Source: a virus
Lineage: Duplodnaviria > Caudoviricetes
DNA: 59,013 nt
Reading direction: 5' to 3' (one strand)
Virus record (IMG/VR): IMGVR_UViG_3300030329_002180
Span: 1-59,013 of that record
The position numbers were made by a program, and so were the translations under genes. Positions 7,806 through 16,267 of this stretch are shown piece by piece; within the stretch, counting starts at the first letter, position 1, and each line of letters opens with the position of its first letter. Under the pieces are notes generated by a model that worked only from the letters and a program-made list of their open reading frames with translations, was not told where the DNA came from and did not search any database.

Positions 7806-8054
7806 CTAAACCAACTCTTTACCTCTTAATATTGTTGGAATATTGTTAGTTGCTGTGTAACTTTTGTATTTTGCCCAACAAGCTAGTTTCTCTAAATTAT
7901 CTTTCATGATTGAGAATACTACATCGTGATTATACTTTACAGTTACTCCTTTTTTGTTAGTAAATTCAATTACTTGATTTTTACCAATTCTTGATTTTGC
8001 TACTACAAATCTTTTACTTTTTAACACCACAGTGTTTTTCTTTGAATTTGACAT
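7806..8054 (-). CDS. Early protein, paralog of 8436..8666
   Basis: Shares KRFV..KS.IGKN.VI.F.NKKG....YNHD.V and C..KY.SYT.TNN.PT. Confidence 0.8.
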   Translation of the reverse strand: MSNSKKNTVVLKSKRFVVAKSRIGKNQVIEFTNKKGVTVKYNHDVVFSIMKDNLEKLACWAKYKSYTATNNIPTILRGKELV

Positions 8055-8109
8055 GACTTAATTTATTTTAGTTATTATTTAATTTACTTATTATCAATTA
8101 TTTACATTT

Positions 8110-8145
8110 ATATTATCAATTTAGTATTGTAATTAGTTGAGGGGC
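8110..8145 (-). promoter_or_regulatory. Putative early promoter, copy 4
   Basis: Minus strand GCCCCTCAACTAATTAC-N11-GATAATATA. Confidence 0.7.
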
Positions 8146-8196
8146 TATACTATTTTTAGTTGATATTTTTAGTTAACAGCTACTACTCCAACTCTC

Positions 8197-8286
8197 TCAC
8201 TGTGCAATTATTACTATTATTATAATTAATATTAGTATTAATAGTTCAGCTACGCGCTTTTCTACGTAATTTACCATACTTTTCAT
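8197..8286 (-). CDS. Small membrane peptide, 29 aa (MKSMVNYVEKRVAELLILILIIIIVIIAQ); start revised from 8388
   Basis: Promoter copy 5 lies inside the longer ORF; ATG at 8286 has an A-rich leader. Confidence 0.5.
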   Translation of the reverse strand: MKSMVNYVEKRVAELLILILIIIIVIIAQ

Positions 8287-8299
8287 TTTATTTTCATAT

Positions 8300-8336
8300 A
8301 TATTATCAATTAGTGGCAGTAGATGGATGGGGGGCC
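8300..8336 (-). promoter_or_regulatory. Putative early promoter, copy 5
   Basis: Minus strand GGCCCCCCATCCATCTAC-N11-GATAATATA. Confidence 0.6.
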
Positions 8337-8390
8337 CTGCTATACACACTATGCTATACATAGTGCTATACACAAGCTTTTGCCACATTG

Positions 8391-8436
8391 TGTGACATTA
8401 GCTTGTTAATAATACTTAGTAACTACCTTTTGTCAC
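8391..8436. repeat. Spaced inverted-repeat element TGTGACA-N33-TGTCAC, copy 2
   Basis: tgtgacattagcttgtta...ttttgtcac aligns with the 1644 copy. Confidence 0.65.
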
Positions 8437-8666
8437 TATCTAGCGAAAGTTGGTAAGTTGTTAGTATTAGTGTAACTTCCATACTTCTGAAAACATGGCA
8501 TATTATCGAAACGCTCTTTGTTCTTGTTATATACCTCATCATGATTGTAAGTACACTTATCGCCTTTCTTATTAATAAATGTTATTACTACATTCTTTCC
8601 AATCAACGACTTTCTTATTACAAATCTTTTAGTTTTAAGTTCTTCAACTTTCATTACTTTACTCAT
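8436..8666 (-). CDS. First leftward early protein, paralog of 7806..8054
   Basis: Clear alignment with the 82-aa ORF; preceded by two tandem promoters. Confidence 0.8.
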   Translation of the reverse strand: MSKVMKVEELKTKRFVIRKSLIGKNVVITFINKKGDKCTYNHDEVYNKNKERFDNMPCFQKYGSYTNTNNLPTFAR

Positions 8667-8706
8667 AATTTAATTATTTATGTTAGTTATTATTTTATTT
8701 ACAATA

Positions 8707-8743
8707 CTATTATCAGTTTGTGGTAGTAATTACTTGGGGGGCC
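8707..8743 (-). promoter_or_regulatory. Putative early promoter, copy 6
   Basis: Minus strand GGCCCCCCAAGTAATTAC-N11-GATAATAG. Confidence 0.65.
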
Positions 8744-8776
8744 TTTGCTATACATAATTAAAAAGAGATTAATTAT

Positions 8777-8813
8777 ATATTATCAGAATGGAGTAGTAAC
8801 TAGTGAGGGGGGC
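8777..8813 (-). promoter_or_regulatory. Putative early promoter, copy 7
   Basis: Minus strand GCCCCCCTCACTAGTTAC-N11-GATAATATA. Confidence 0.65.
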
Positions 8814-9130
8814 TTGCTATACACCTTCTGCTATACACAGCAGCCGCTTGGGCCTGGCCCTGCCAGCTAGTTATACATATACGTAGGGTGAGGGGTATTA
8901 TCCAAAGTAAAAAGGCATAAACCTAGGTTGGAGCTTGGTTATATATTGAAAACGTTAAAACTTATATTGGAAACTGGAAACGGAAACGAAAAAGTGAAAT
9001 ACAAAATTGGTTTTCCCAAAACCTTTTCAACTAGTATATAGATGTATTATACAAAACCCCTATATATACAACACCCCGGTACCTTTATATATATGTACCC
9101 TTTATGATATTAGTACCTAATATCTAAGGA

Positions 9131-9176
9131 TAAGACAATAGGTTATTAGAGATAGATAGTAGCAGGCAATTGTCAC
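9131..9176. repeat. Spaced inverted-repeat element, degenerate copy 3
   Basis: taagacaataggttatta...ttgtcac with the same 33-nt spacer. Confidence 0.5.
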
Positions 9177-9180
9177 GTTT

Positions 9181-9210
9181 GTAAAAAGTAATTTAATTGT
9201 GTAATTATTA
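9181..9210 (+). promoter_or_regulatory. Putative late promoter GTAAW-N15-GTRATTAT
   Basis: GTAAA at 9181 and GTAATTAT at 9201; same spacing at 27133 and 40414. Confidence 0.55.
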
Positions 9211-9236
9211 ATTTTATAACGAATAAGAAAACTACT

Positions 9237-9593
9237 ATGGCAAAAATGTGTCCTAAATCAATATTATCTAACGCTAGAACTGAAACACCTTTCAAGATGA
9301 AGGGATACGTTTCTCACGATGTACCTCGAAAAGTAGGTGAAGAAGCTATTAATGATCCACATAGTCCAGCTAAAACTGACTGGTCTAGTATTATAAGCAT
9401 CGGATCTAAAGTACTACCAGCTCTATTTGGTGGTGGGAAAAACAAAACAAATAACCAGAGTAGTGGTAATACCGTTATAAACTTACCACAACCACCTAGA
9501 CAACAAGAGAGTACAGCTAATATAATGAATAAAGTAAAAAGATTTGGATCGGACGAAGGTGTTCCAGGTGGTATGGGTGTATTCAATGTATAA
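9237..9593 (+). CDS. Hypothetical protein with SPAK motif followed by an amphipathic helix
   Basis: First rightward gene; TPFKMKG and HSPAK-TDWSSIISIGSKVLPALFGGG. Confidence 0.7.
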   Translation: MAKMCPKSILSNARTETPFKMKGYVSHDVPRKVGEEAINDPHSPAKTDWSSIISIGSKVLPALFGGGKNKTNNQSSGNTVINLPQPPRQQESTANIMNKVKRFGSDEGVPGGMGVFNV

Positions 9594-9844
9594 TGCAGAA
9601 ATTATCTCCAACTGCAAGAAGAGCTAAATTAGCTAGAGACCTAGCTTATGCTAAAACTCCTGACAGGAGAAAGAAGAAAGCGGAGAACCAAAGAATACGT
9701 AGAGCTGCTGAAAAAGCAGGTAGAGACGTAAAAGGAAAAGATTATGACCATAAACGTGGTAGGTACGTAAGCGTTAAATCCAATAGAGGTAACCAAGGAA
9801 AAGGTACTAAAAGAGAAGGAGGACGCAAGTACAAAGTAAGTTAA
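9593..9844 (+). CDS. Small highly basic protein with a reduced HNH-like motif
   Basis: GKDYDH...VSVKSNRG; R/K-rich; TAATG coupling. Confidence 0.6.
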   Translation: MQKLSPTARRAKLARDLAYAKTPDRRKKKAENQRIRRAAEKAGRDVKGKDYDHKRGRYVSVKSNRGNQGKGTKREGGRKYKVS

Positions 9845-9916
9845 ACCAAAACCAAGAACCATAGACTTTAAACAACGAAATAATAAACAAATTAATAACT
9901 TAAAAAAATTAAAAAA

Positions 9917-10264
9917 ATGGCAAAAATGTTATATTTCGCGAAAGGAGCTATAGACGGTACAACTAGTACTGAAGAAGTAGCTTGCTTTCCAATCGACAAA
10001 CTATCTCACTTTGAGATGAGTAACACTGGTGATCTTAGAATTTTCTTTGAATCAAGTCAAGAATTAACTAAAGATATTGACCAAGCGGTTGTTGCTCTTG
10101 ATATTACTGTTGGTAAGCATAAAGAAGTTATGCAGGCTATTGCAAAAGCAGCATATGAAAACAAAACTGGTACAATGGCGGTTATCGCTGACAGTGAAGA
10201 AGGTGTTTACTGTACTCCACATATCACGGCTTGTGCTTCAATATCAGTAGTTGACGCAGCTTAA
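9917..10264 (+). CDS. Hypothetical protein, possibly virion-associated
   Basis: A-rich leader and its own downstream terminator-like hairpin. Confidence 0.75.
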   Translation: MAKMLYFAKGAIDGTTSTEEVACFPIDKLSHFEMSNTGDLRIFFESSQELTKDIDQAVVALDITVGKHKEVMQAIAKAAYENKTGTMAVIADSEEGVYCTPHITACASISVVDAA

Positions 10265-10278
10265 TAACTAATTTATAG

Positions 10279-10306
10279 TACGAACCCGCTAACGCGGGTT
10301 TGTATT
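10279..10306 (+). terminator. Intrinsic terminator-like hairpin
   Basis: TACGAACCCGC-TAAC-GCGGGTTTGTA. Confidence 0.65.
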
Positions 10307-10329
10307 ATTAATACAAAATAAATAATAAT

Positions 10330-10986
10330 ATGGCATATACAAGAAAAAAATTCGAAGCTTATGATAAAGCCTCAAAGCCTGCACCAGCTAAAAAGATGGT
10401 GATGGGTGGTAAAAAAATGAAGGCTGACAATAGATTAGAGGATAAAACAGATACACCAGCTAAAATAAAAAAAGTTGGTTATGACAATCCTGAATTCGAC
10501 ATGTCAAAGACTAAGAAAAAAGCACCAACTAAAATGAGGGGAGAAGTTCATAAAAAAAAAGTAGTAGAGAATAAGAACCCTGCTCCTGGTAAGTTTTTAG
10601 ACGAAACTCAAACAATGGTATCTGATCCAAGAGCTTTAGCACTTACAACACCTACATCAACTGGTTTTAGAATGCCTGGAGATTCTACTAACGTACCTGT
10701 AGCACCTGGTGTTTTCGGTAGTAGTAATGTTATAACTCCTAGAACAGCTGCGATACCATCACCTGTTAACCCTATAGTAGATAGTGGGATAACAAGAGAT
10801 CCATCAGCTTGGTCGCCAGAAGGTGATTTAATAACACCTACTCAAACTAATGATGGGAGTGGAGATTCTATAACTACATCAGTACCATCTAGTAATCAAC
10901 CGCGTTATGCAGTTGGTTCACCTAGAGATTTAGCAAGAGGCACAGTTGTACCACCTGTTAATACTACTGGTAGAGATCCTTATTAA
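10330..10986 (+). CDS. Low-complexity Pro/Lys/Thr-rich protein; N-terminus shared with the next gene
   Basis: MAYTRKKFEAYDKASKP versus MAYNRKKFSAFDRTSKP; repeated PAK/PTK motifs. Confidence 0.7.
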   Translation: MAYTRKKFEAYDKASKPAPAKKMVMGGKKMKADNRLEDKTDTPAKIKKVGYDNPEFDMSKTKKKAPTKMRGEVHKKKVVENKNPAPGKFLDETQTMVSDPRALALTTPTSTGFRMPGDSTNVPVAPGVFGSSNVITPRTAAIPSPVNPIVDSGITRDPSAWSPEGDLITPTQTNDGSGDSITTSVPSSNQPRYAVGSPRDLARGTVVPPVNTTGRDPY

Positions 10987-10989
10987 AAT

Positions 10990-11928
10990 ATGGCTTATAA
11001 TAGAAAAAAATTTAGTGCGTTTGATAGAACTAGTAAACCTGGAGATACTCCAGCTAAAGCATATATAGTACCTGGAACCAACAAGGTTATAGGAGGAGAT
11101 TGGGGTCGGAAAATGATGCCCCAGAATCAAGGTAATTGTGGTATCCCAATTAACCCTCCACCAAGAATGTCTACACCCCCAACAATGTCTGGACCAACAC
11201 CATGGGCGGGTGGTCAATCAACTGGATTCACTGGTGGAAGTAGTATTGGAGGTTTTTTATTTAATCCAACGACCACTAACACATCTGGTGGAGTTCAAGA
11301 AATGACTGCTAAAGATATAAATCCAGAACCCCCAAGACCTAAGAGAGGATTTATGAGAGGAAGGGTTGGTACTATAGGTAAGTGGATGGCTAATTTATTG
11401 GGTAATAGAGCTATAAAGAAACGAAACTGGGGTTTGGAAAACAAGAGCGATACACTGGATTACAATAAGACAGCTGGGTATGGAAACCTAATAAATACTA
11501 GTAAACCTATTCAAAACCCAGGTGGAGTTCAAGCATTAAATCAATCAGATATATTTGTAGGTTTTTCTGGATCTAAAGGTGGTGGAAGCTCTAGTGGTTT
11601 TAATCTTGCTAAATATTCAGAAAGATACAAAAAAACAGAGCAACGTAGATCTAGTAGAAAGAAAGTTAAAAAGAGACGTAAAAAAAGAGGTTGGAGAAGA
11701 TTCTTTAGCGATATTAGATTAAAACAAAATATTGTAAAAATGGGAGTTTCATCTTCTGGAATACCTATTTACAATTTCAATTATACAGGTGATAATACTA
11801 TATATCAAGGTGTTATGGCTCAAGATTTAGTATCAATGGGTTATAACAACGCTGTAACAATAGATAACAAATCAGGATACTATATGGTTGATTACGATCA
11901 AATAGATGTTGATATGATAACAATATAG
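10990..11928 (+). CDS. Protein with C-terminal peptidase S74 (intramolecular chaperone, autocleavage) domain
   Basis: FSDIRLKQNI...GIPIYNFNY...YQGVMAQDL...GYYMVDY. Confidence 0.8.
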   Translation: MAYNRKKFSAFDRTSKPGDTPAKAYIVPGTNKVIGGDWGRKMMPQNQGNCGIPINPPPRMSTPPTMSGPTPWAGGQSTGFTGGSSIGGFLFNPTTTNTSGGVQEMTAKDINPEPPRPKRGFMRGRVGTIGKWMANLLGNRAIKKRNWGLENKSDTLDYNKTAGYGNLINTSKPIQNPGGVQALNQSDIFVGFSGSKGGGSSSGFNLAKYSERYKKTEQRRSSRKKVKKRRKKRGWRRFFSDIRLKQNIVKMGVSSSGIPIYNFNYTGDNTIYQGVMAQDLVSMGYNNAVTIDNKSGYYMVDYDQIDVDMITI

Positions 11929-11978
11929 GGAAACACCCTAAACCAAGTCAATTATTAACCAAAAAAAACCAAAAAACA

Positions 11979-12272
11979 ATGACTTATTTATATTACAAGA
12001 CTAGTACGTATACTAGCAACCAAAAACCGAATGAAAAAACTATTAGCCAATGGGAACATCTAGCTGAGAAGAAGAACTGGAGAATAACCCAACTACCTAA
12101 TGGTTTTTATCAAACAGAATGTCAAAGTCCTGAAAATGAAAAGGAGTGGCATGATGTAACTAGAAGAGAAACCATAGAAGGCGCGGAAGCAGCGATTGAC
12201 GGAAGCGTTGACCATTTCTCAAAGAAACTAGAGGCTACAAAAGGGCCTAAGGTTGTAAAGACTTTTAAGTAG
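11979..12272 (+). CDS. Hypothetical protein
   Basis: WRITQLPNGFYQTE...WHDVTRRETIEGAEAAID; upstream of groEL. Confidence 0.75.
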   Translation: MTYLYYKTSTYTSNQKPNEKTISQWEHLAEKKNWRITQLPNGFYQTECQSPENEKEWHDVTRRETIEGAEAAIDGSVDHFSKKLEATKGPKVVKTFK

Positions 12273-12306
12273 TAACAATTTAATTTAATTTAATAAAATA
12301 TAATTT

Positions 12307-13869
12307 ATGGAGTATAATCAACCAAGTCTCCTTATCAAAAATTTAGATTTTGATACGGAAGCTAAGAGTAAAATAATAGCTGGTGTTGAAAAACTAGCTA
12401 AAGCAGTAAAATCTACCTTAGGAGCGTCTGGTAAATGTGTTATTTACGAAGACGCCCGAGGTAACCCGGTGGTCACAAAAGATGGTGTAACCGTTGCAGA
12501 GAGCGTAGTCTTATACGATCCCGTGGAAAATATAGGTGCAACACTAATAAAGGAAGCTGCTAAAAACACAGTGAAAGAAGCTGGTGACGGTACTACTACC
12601 GCTACGGTATTAGCAGAAGCACTTATTAAGGAAGTTAATAACCACAATGGAATATCTATTAGACAAATAAAAGATGGTATTAATTCTTGTTTAGATAAAG
12701 TGAATGATTATTTAGACAATGTATCGATACCTGTTGACGGGAACATGTTAGAAAGTGTTAGCACTATTAGTTGTAATAACGATAGAGAACTAGGTTCTAT
12801 TATAGCCGAAGCCTATAATAAAGTTGGTAAAAATGGTGTGGTTTTAATGGAAAGCTCTGGAACAGAAAAAACATATGTTGATGTTGTTGATGGAGCAAAA
12901 ATAGAATCAGGATTAACCTCACCTCACTTTGTAACTGACACTGATAAACAAAAAGCAGAACTAGAGAAACCACTAGTACTAATCGTATCGTCAGAAATCC
13001 CAAATGTAAGAAAAATACAAAATATATTAGAGTTTGCTATTAAAAATAATAGATCTTTATTGATAGTCGCTCCAGTCTCACAACAAGTGAAAGCTGCTCT
13101 TTTAATGAATAAAGTTAAAGGTAATATAAAAATAAATATAATAGATCCACCTGGATTTGGACCTACAAAAAGAGATACTATAAAAGATTTAGCTATATTA
13201 ACTAAATCTACAGTTATAAACGAAGAGCTTGGTGATGATTTAGATTTAATATCTTTAGATGTTTTAGGAGAAGCAAAAAGATCTGTGACTGATGATAAGA
13301 GCACTATAATAACAACAGTAGATGATATAGAGGATATTGAAGAGAGAATTAAAGAAGTAAAAAAGATAAGAGATAAAGAAAAAGATCCTTTTTTTCAAAA
13401 GAAAATAGATGAAAGAATAGCTATGTTATCTGGTTCTGTTGGTATGATAAAAGTTGGTGCTAACTCTAAAGTAGAATTAAAAGAAAAAAGAGATAGAGTA
13501 GAAGACGCTATTTATGCTACAAAAGCTGCTTTACAAGAAGGTATTGTATCTGGTGGTGGAGTAGCTTTACTAAATGCTTCTCAACATATAGCTAGTACAG
13601 ATGTTGGTGAACAAATATTATTAAAAGCTATAACTTATCCTTTTAAGGTTATATTAGAAAACGCAGGTTTAAAACAAGTTGGACCAAGACCAAGTAAAGG
13701 TATTGGTGTTAATGTTGTAGATGGTAGTGATGTAAATATGATCGAACACGGTATAATAGATCCAGTGCTTGTTACCAAATCAGCGTTAAAAAACGCGGTA
13801 TCAGTTGTAAACACTATAATATCAGCTAATTGTGTAATTTCAAATATGAGAACAGATGAAAGCAATTAA
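12307..13869 (+). CDS. groEL: Phage-encoded group I chaperonin GroEL (Cpn60)
   Basis: AVKSTLG, VTKDGVTVA, AGDGTTTATVLA, RVEDA, EGIVSGGGVALL, GIIDP; no GGM tail. Confidence 0.97.
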   Translation: MEYNQPSLLIKNLDFDTEAKSKIIAGVEKLAKAVKSTLGASGKCVIYEDARGNPVVTKDGVTVAESVVLYDPVENIGATLIKEAAKNTVKEAGDGTTTATVLAEALIKEVNNHNGISIRQIKDGINSCLDKVNDYLDNVSIPVDGNMLESVSTISCNNDRELGSIIAEAYNKVGKNGVVLMESSGTEKTYVDVVDGAKIESGLTSPHFVTDTDKQKAELEKPLVLIVSSEIPNVRKIQNILEFAIKNNRSLLIVAPVSQQVKAALLMNKVKGNIKINIIDPPGFGPTKRDTIKDLAILTKSTVINEELGDDLDLISLDVLGEAKRSVTDDKSTIITTVDDIEDIEERIKEVKKIRDKEKDPFFQKKIDERIAMLSGSVGMIKVGANSKVELKEKRDRVEDAIYATKAALQEGIVSGGGVALLNASQHIASTDVGEQILLKAITYPFKVILENAGLKQVGPRPSKGIGVNVVDGSDVNMIEHGIIDPVLVTKSALKNAVSVVNTIISANCVISNMRTDESN

Positions 13870-14113
13870 TGATTACGTTATAGTATTAGATAGTAAAGAA
13901 GGTCCTAAAAAAATAGGAGGTTTAATATTAACTGAAGAATTAGATAGTGACAATAGGTATGTAAAGGCAGAAGTTGTATCTGTAGGTAATTTAGTAGAAT
14001 GTATAAAAGTTAAAGATATTATATATTACGATAAACACGCTGGACATGGTATATCTTGGAAAGATGTGCAATATAAAGTTATAAAAGGTAGAGATATTGT
14101 AATAATAGAATAA
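13856..14113 (+). CDS. groES: Co-chaperonin GroES (Cpn10)
   Basis: MKAINDYVIV, GGLIL mobile loop, AEVVSVG, VKDIIYYDKHAG; overlaps the end of groEL. Confidence 0.9.
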   Translation: MKAINDYVIVLDSKEGPKKIGGLILTEELDSDNRYVKAEVVSVGNLVECIKVKDIIYYDKHAGHGISWKDVQYKVIKGRDIVIIE

Positions 14114-14556
14114 TGAGATTAGTTGCTCAAGATCTTAAAGATATAGGATTGTTAAAATACTGGAGAACTGTTAGATTAGCTTTAGTTAAACAAAACAACT
14201 TGAAAAGTTCTGCTGATATAGAACTTTTAATATACTTAGAGTCTTTAAAAAGATTCACTTTAAAAGATTTTAAAAACGGTGTGTATTTATACACTTGGGA
14301 TAAAAGCAGATGGCAAAGATTATTAAGAGAAGGTTGGATAGATATTTGGAGACATAGAAATAGAACTACACAAAAATATAATATATATAAAGTATCATTT
14401 AAAGCATCACAAATGATATCTAGAATTTATAGACTTCTTTTAGGTGAAGAAGATCTACCTGTAACAGATAGAAGTAAATTTTATAATAATAAATCATATA
14501 CAGATAAAGTTATGAATAAAGCTATAGATGATATGATTAAAGATAAAAATAGATAA
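14113..14556 (+). CDS. Hypothetical protein, possible winged-helix fold
   Basis: ADIELLIYL...WQRLLREGWI...YKVSFKA pattern resembles MarR-like wHTH. Confidence 0.6.
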   Translation: MRLVAQDLKDIGLLKYWRTVRLALVKQNNLKSSADIELLIYLESLKRFTLKDFKNGVYLYTWDKSRWQRLLREGWIDIWRHRNRTTQKYNIYKVSFKASQMISRIYRLLLGEEDLPVTDRSKFYNNKSYTDKVMNKAIDDMIKDKNR

Positions 14557-14557
14557 T

Positions 14558-14932
14558 ATGGCATTTAAAATGAAAAATCCTTTAGCTGAAAAAACAACAA
14601 GTAGTTTGAATTTTGGCGGTAGCGATGGGGAGCAATTAGCTCCTGGTGTTACTGTTATAAGAAAAAATTTAAGTAAAGGAATTATGGGTGAAGCTAACAA
14701 AGATGGTACTATTTTTATTTCTAAAAAAGTTGAACCCGGTTCTAGTCAGGAAACACAAATATTAACACATGAAATAAAACACATGGTTGATTTAAAAACA
14801 GGTAGATTAAGGTATGATGATTATAGTTTGACTTGGGATGGTCAAACTTATGAAAGAAATAAAGGTAAAATATATTTCGAAGGACGTTGGTTACCAGAAG
14901 GTTCGGCTGACTTCCCTTGGGAGAATCATTAA
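14558..14932 (+). CDS. Small zincin-like metallopeptidase
   Basis: ILTHEIKH (HExxH) preceded by G...DGTIFI, with a C-terminal PWE providing a possible third ligand. Confidence 0.65.
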   Translation: MAFKMKNPLAEKTTSSLNFGGSDGEQLAPGVTVIRKNLSKGIMGEANKDGTIFISKKVEPGSSQETQILTHEIKHMVDLKTGRLRYDDYSLTWDGQTYERNKGKIYFEGRWLPEGSADFPWENH

Positions 14933-14933
14933 T

Positions 14934-15152
14934 ATGTGGAGTTTATTTAAAGATAAAAATGAAATAAACGAAAAGAACGTGGTAGGCTTTGCGTCTTTCG
15001 TGGTAATGTGTTTGTTTGCTGTTGCCGATTTATTAACCAGTGTAATGGCTGACAAAGATTTAATTATAAACGAAGTTGTCTATAATTCGTTTGTATGGGT
15101 AACATTAGGATGTTTTGGTATTAGTTCGTTTGAAAAAGTAAAAAAGAAATAA
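14934..15152 (+). CDS. Two-TM membrane protein (lysis-associated?); start revised to MWSLFKDK
   Basis: Two hydrophobic segments and a basic tail EKVKKK; adjacent to the holin. Confidence 0.65.
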   Translation: MWSLFKDKNEINEKNVVGFASFVVMCLFAVADLLTSVMADKDLIINEVVYNSFVWVTLGCFGISSFEKVKKK

Positions 15153-15161
15153 AATTAAATT

Positions 15162-15548
15162 ATGTTAGGAAACTTGTTATCTGGAGGAGCTGCAGATTTA
15201 GTTAAAAACGTTGGTGGTGTCATAGATAATCTACACACATCTAACGAAGAGAAACTTGAAGCAGAAAGAAAAATAAAAGAATTAATTGCTAACTACGAGG
15301 TTGAAATGGAAAAAAACATTACAGCTCGTTGGCAAGCGGATTTAAAAAGTGATTCATGGCTTAGTAAAAATGTTAGACCCATGACATTAATATTTTTAAT
15401 AGTATGCACCATGCTATTAATATTTATAGATGCAGGTGCATTAGAGTTTGAAGTTAAGTCCTCGTGGGTTGACTTATTACAATTAGTATTAATAACCGTG
15501 ATCGGCGCCTACTTCGGTGGTAGATCACTAGAAAAAGTAAAAAAATAA
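15162..15548 (+). CDS. Holin, 3TM GTA-type family
   Basis: SDSWLSKNVRP, two TM helices, AYFGGRSLEK. Confidence 0.8.
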   Translation: MLGNLLSGGAADLVKNVGGVIDNLHTSNEEKLEAERKIKELIANYEVEMEKNITARWQADLKSDSWLSKNVRPMTLIFLIVCTMLLIFIDAGALEFEVKSSWVDLLQLVLITVIGAYFGGRSLEKVKK

Positions 15549-15552
15549 AATT

Positions 15553-15900
15553 ATGGCATATACATCAAGACCATCCACATTTGCAGACGAATATTTTCAG
15601 CATGGACAAATGTATGTTCAAGATACAAACAAATTAACAGCACCAACAGGATATGTTATTATAGCTATCACAGCTTTAGAAGCTAGTACTGTTCTTACAG
15701 AATTATCACCTGAAAACGGAGCTAGTGGTTTATCAGTTGGTGAAGCTGCTAACGAAGATGGTGCAGCTGGATTAACTGGGGCTAGCGGTGGTGATTTAAT
15801 ATCATCTTCTCCTTTAGGATCTGGAGTAACTATATATGGTAGATGGATTTCACTAACTTTAAGCGGTGGTAGTGTTATGGCTTATGTTAAAAGAGCTTAA
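15553..15900 (+). CDS. Putative minor virion protein, paralog of the next gene
   Basis: IIAITALE and GVTIYGRW...L..GS...Y. Confidence 0.7.
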   Translation: MAYTSRPSTFADEYFQHGQMYVQDTNKLTAPTGYVIIAITALEASTVLTELSPENGASGLSVGEAANEDGAAGLTGASGGDLISSSPLGSGVTIYGRWISLTLSGGSVMAYVKRA

Positions 15901-15902
15901 GC

Positions 15903-16265
15903 ATGACAAGACTAAAATTAAATACCGAATCGTATAACTCTTCGTTTGGACAAAACGGAAGTTTTTTAATGAAGCATACAAGTACAGCTGTAACACTAAC
16001 TGGTAGAAATGGAGTTATAACAGCTATAGCTATATTAGAAGATAACACAACATTTGCTTCTAGTAATGGTTTAGTAGCTGAAGACGCTACTAAGTTTATT
16101 AACACAGAATCAAAACCAACGGTTGGTGGTTTAAGTGGTACTGCTTCCTCAACAGCTGTTGGTGAAGTTTTAGATTCTTATGAGTTTCCTAAAGGGTGTA
16201 TTTTGTATGGTAGATGGACTCAAATAGATTTATCCGCTGGTTCTTGTATTTGTTACGTTGATTAA
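15903..16265 (+). CDS. Putative minor virion protein, paralog of the previous gene
   Basis: ITAIAILE and GCILYGRW...L..GS...Y. Confidence 0.7.
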   Translation: MTRLKLNTESYNSSFGQNGSFLMKHTSTAVTLTGRNGVITAIAILEDNTTFASSNGLVAEDATKFINTESKPTVGGLSGTASSTAVGEVLDSYEFPKGCILYGRWTQIDLSAGSCICYVD

Positions 16266-16267
16266 TT

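Larger units (their letters stand above)
8338..8837. repeat. Six dispersed TGCTATACA 9-mers
   Basis: Exact copies start at 8338, 8352, 8364, 8746, 8815 and 8829, next to promoter copies 5, 6 and 7. Confidence 0.75.

Noticed and set aside
8287-8388. N-terminal extension of ORF 8197..8388
   Set aside because: It runs through a promoter copy and the TGCTATACA repeats; the ATG at 8286 is more plausible.
8100-8840. CRISPR array
   Set aside because: Repeats are short, degenerate and irregularly spaced with genes between them; no cas genes in the window.
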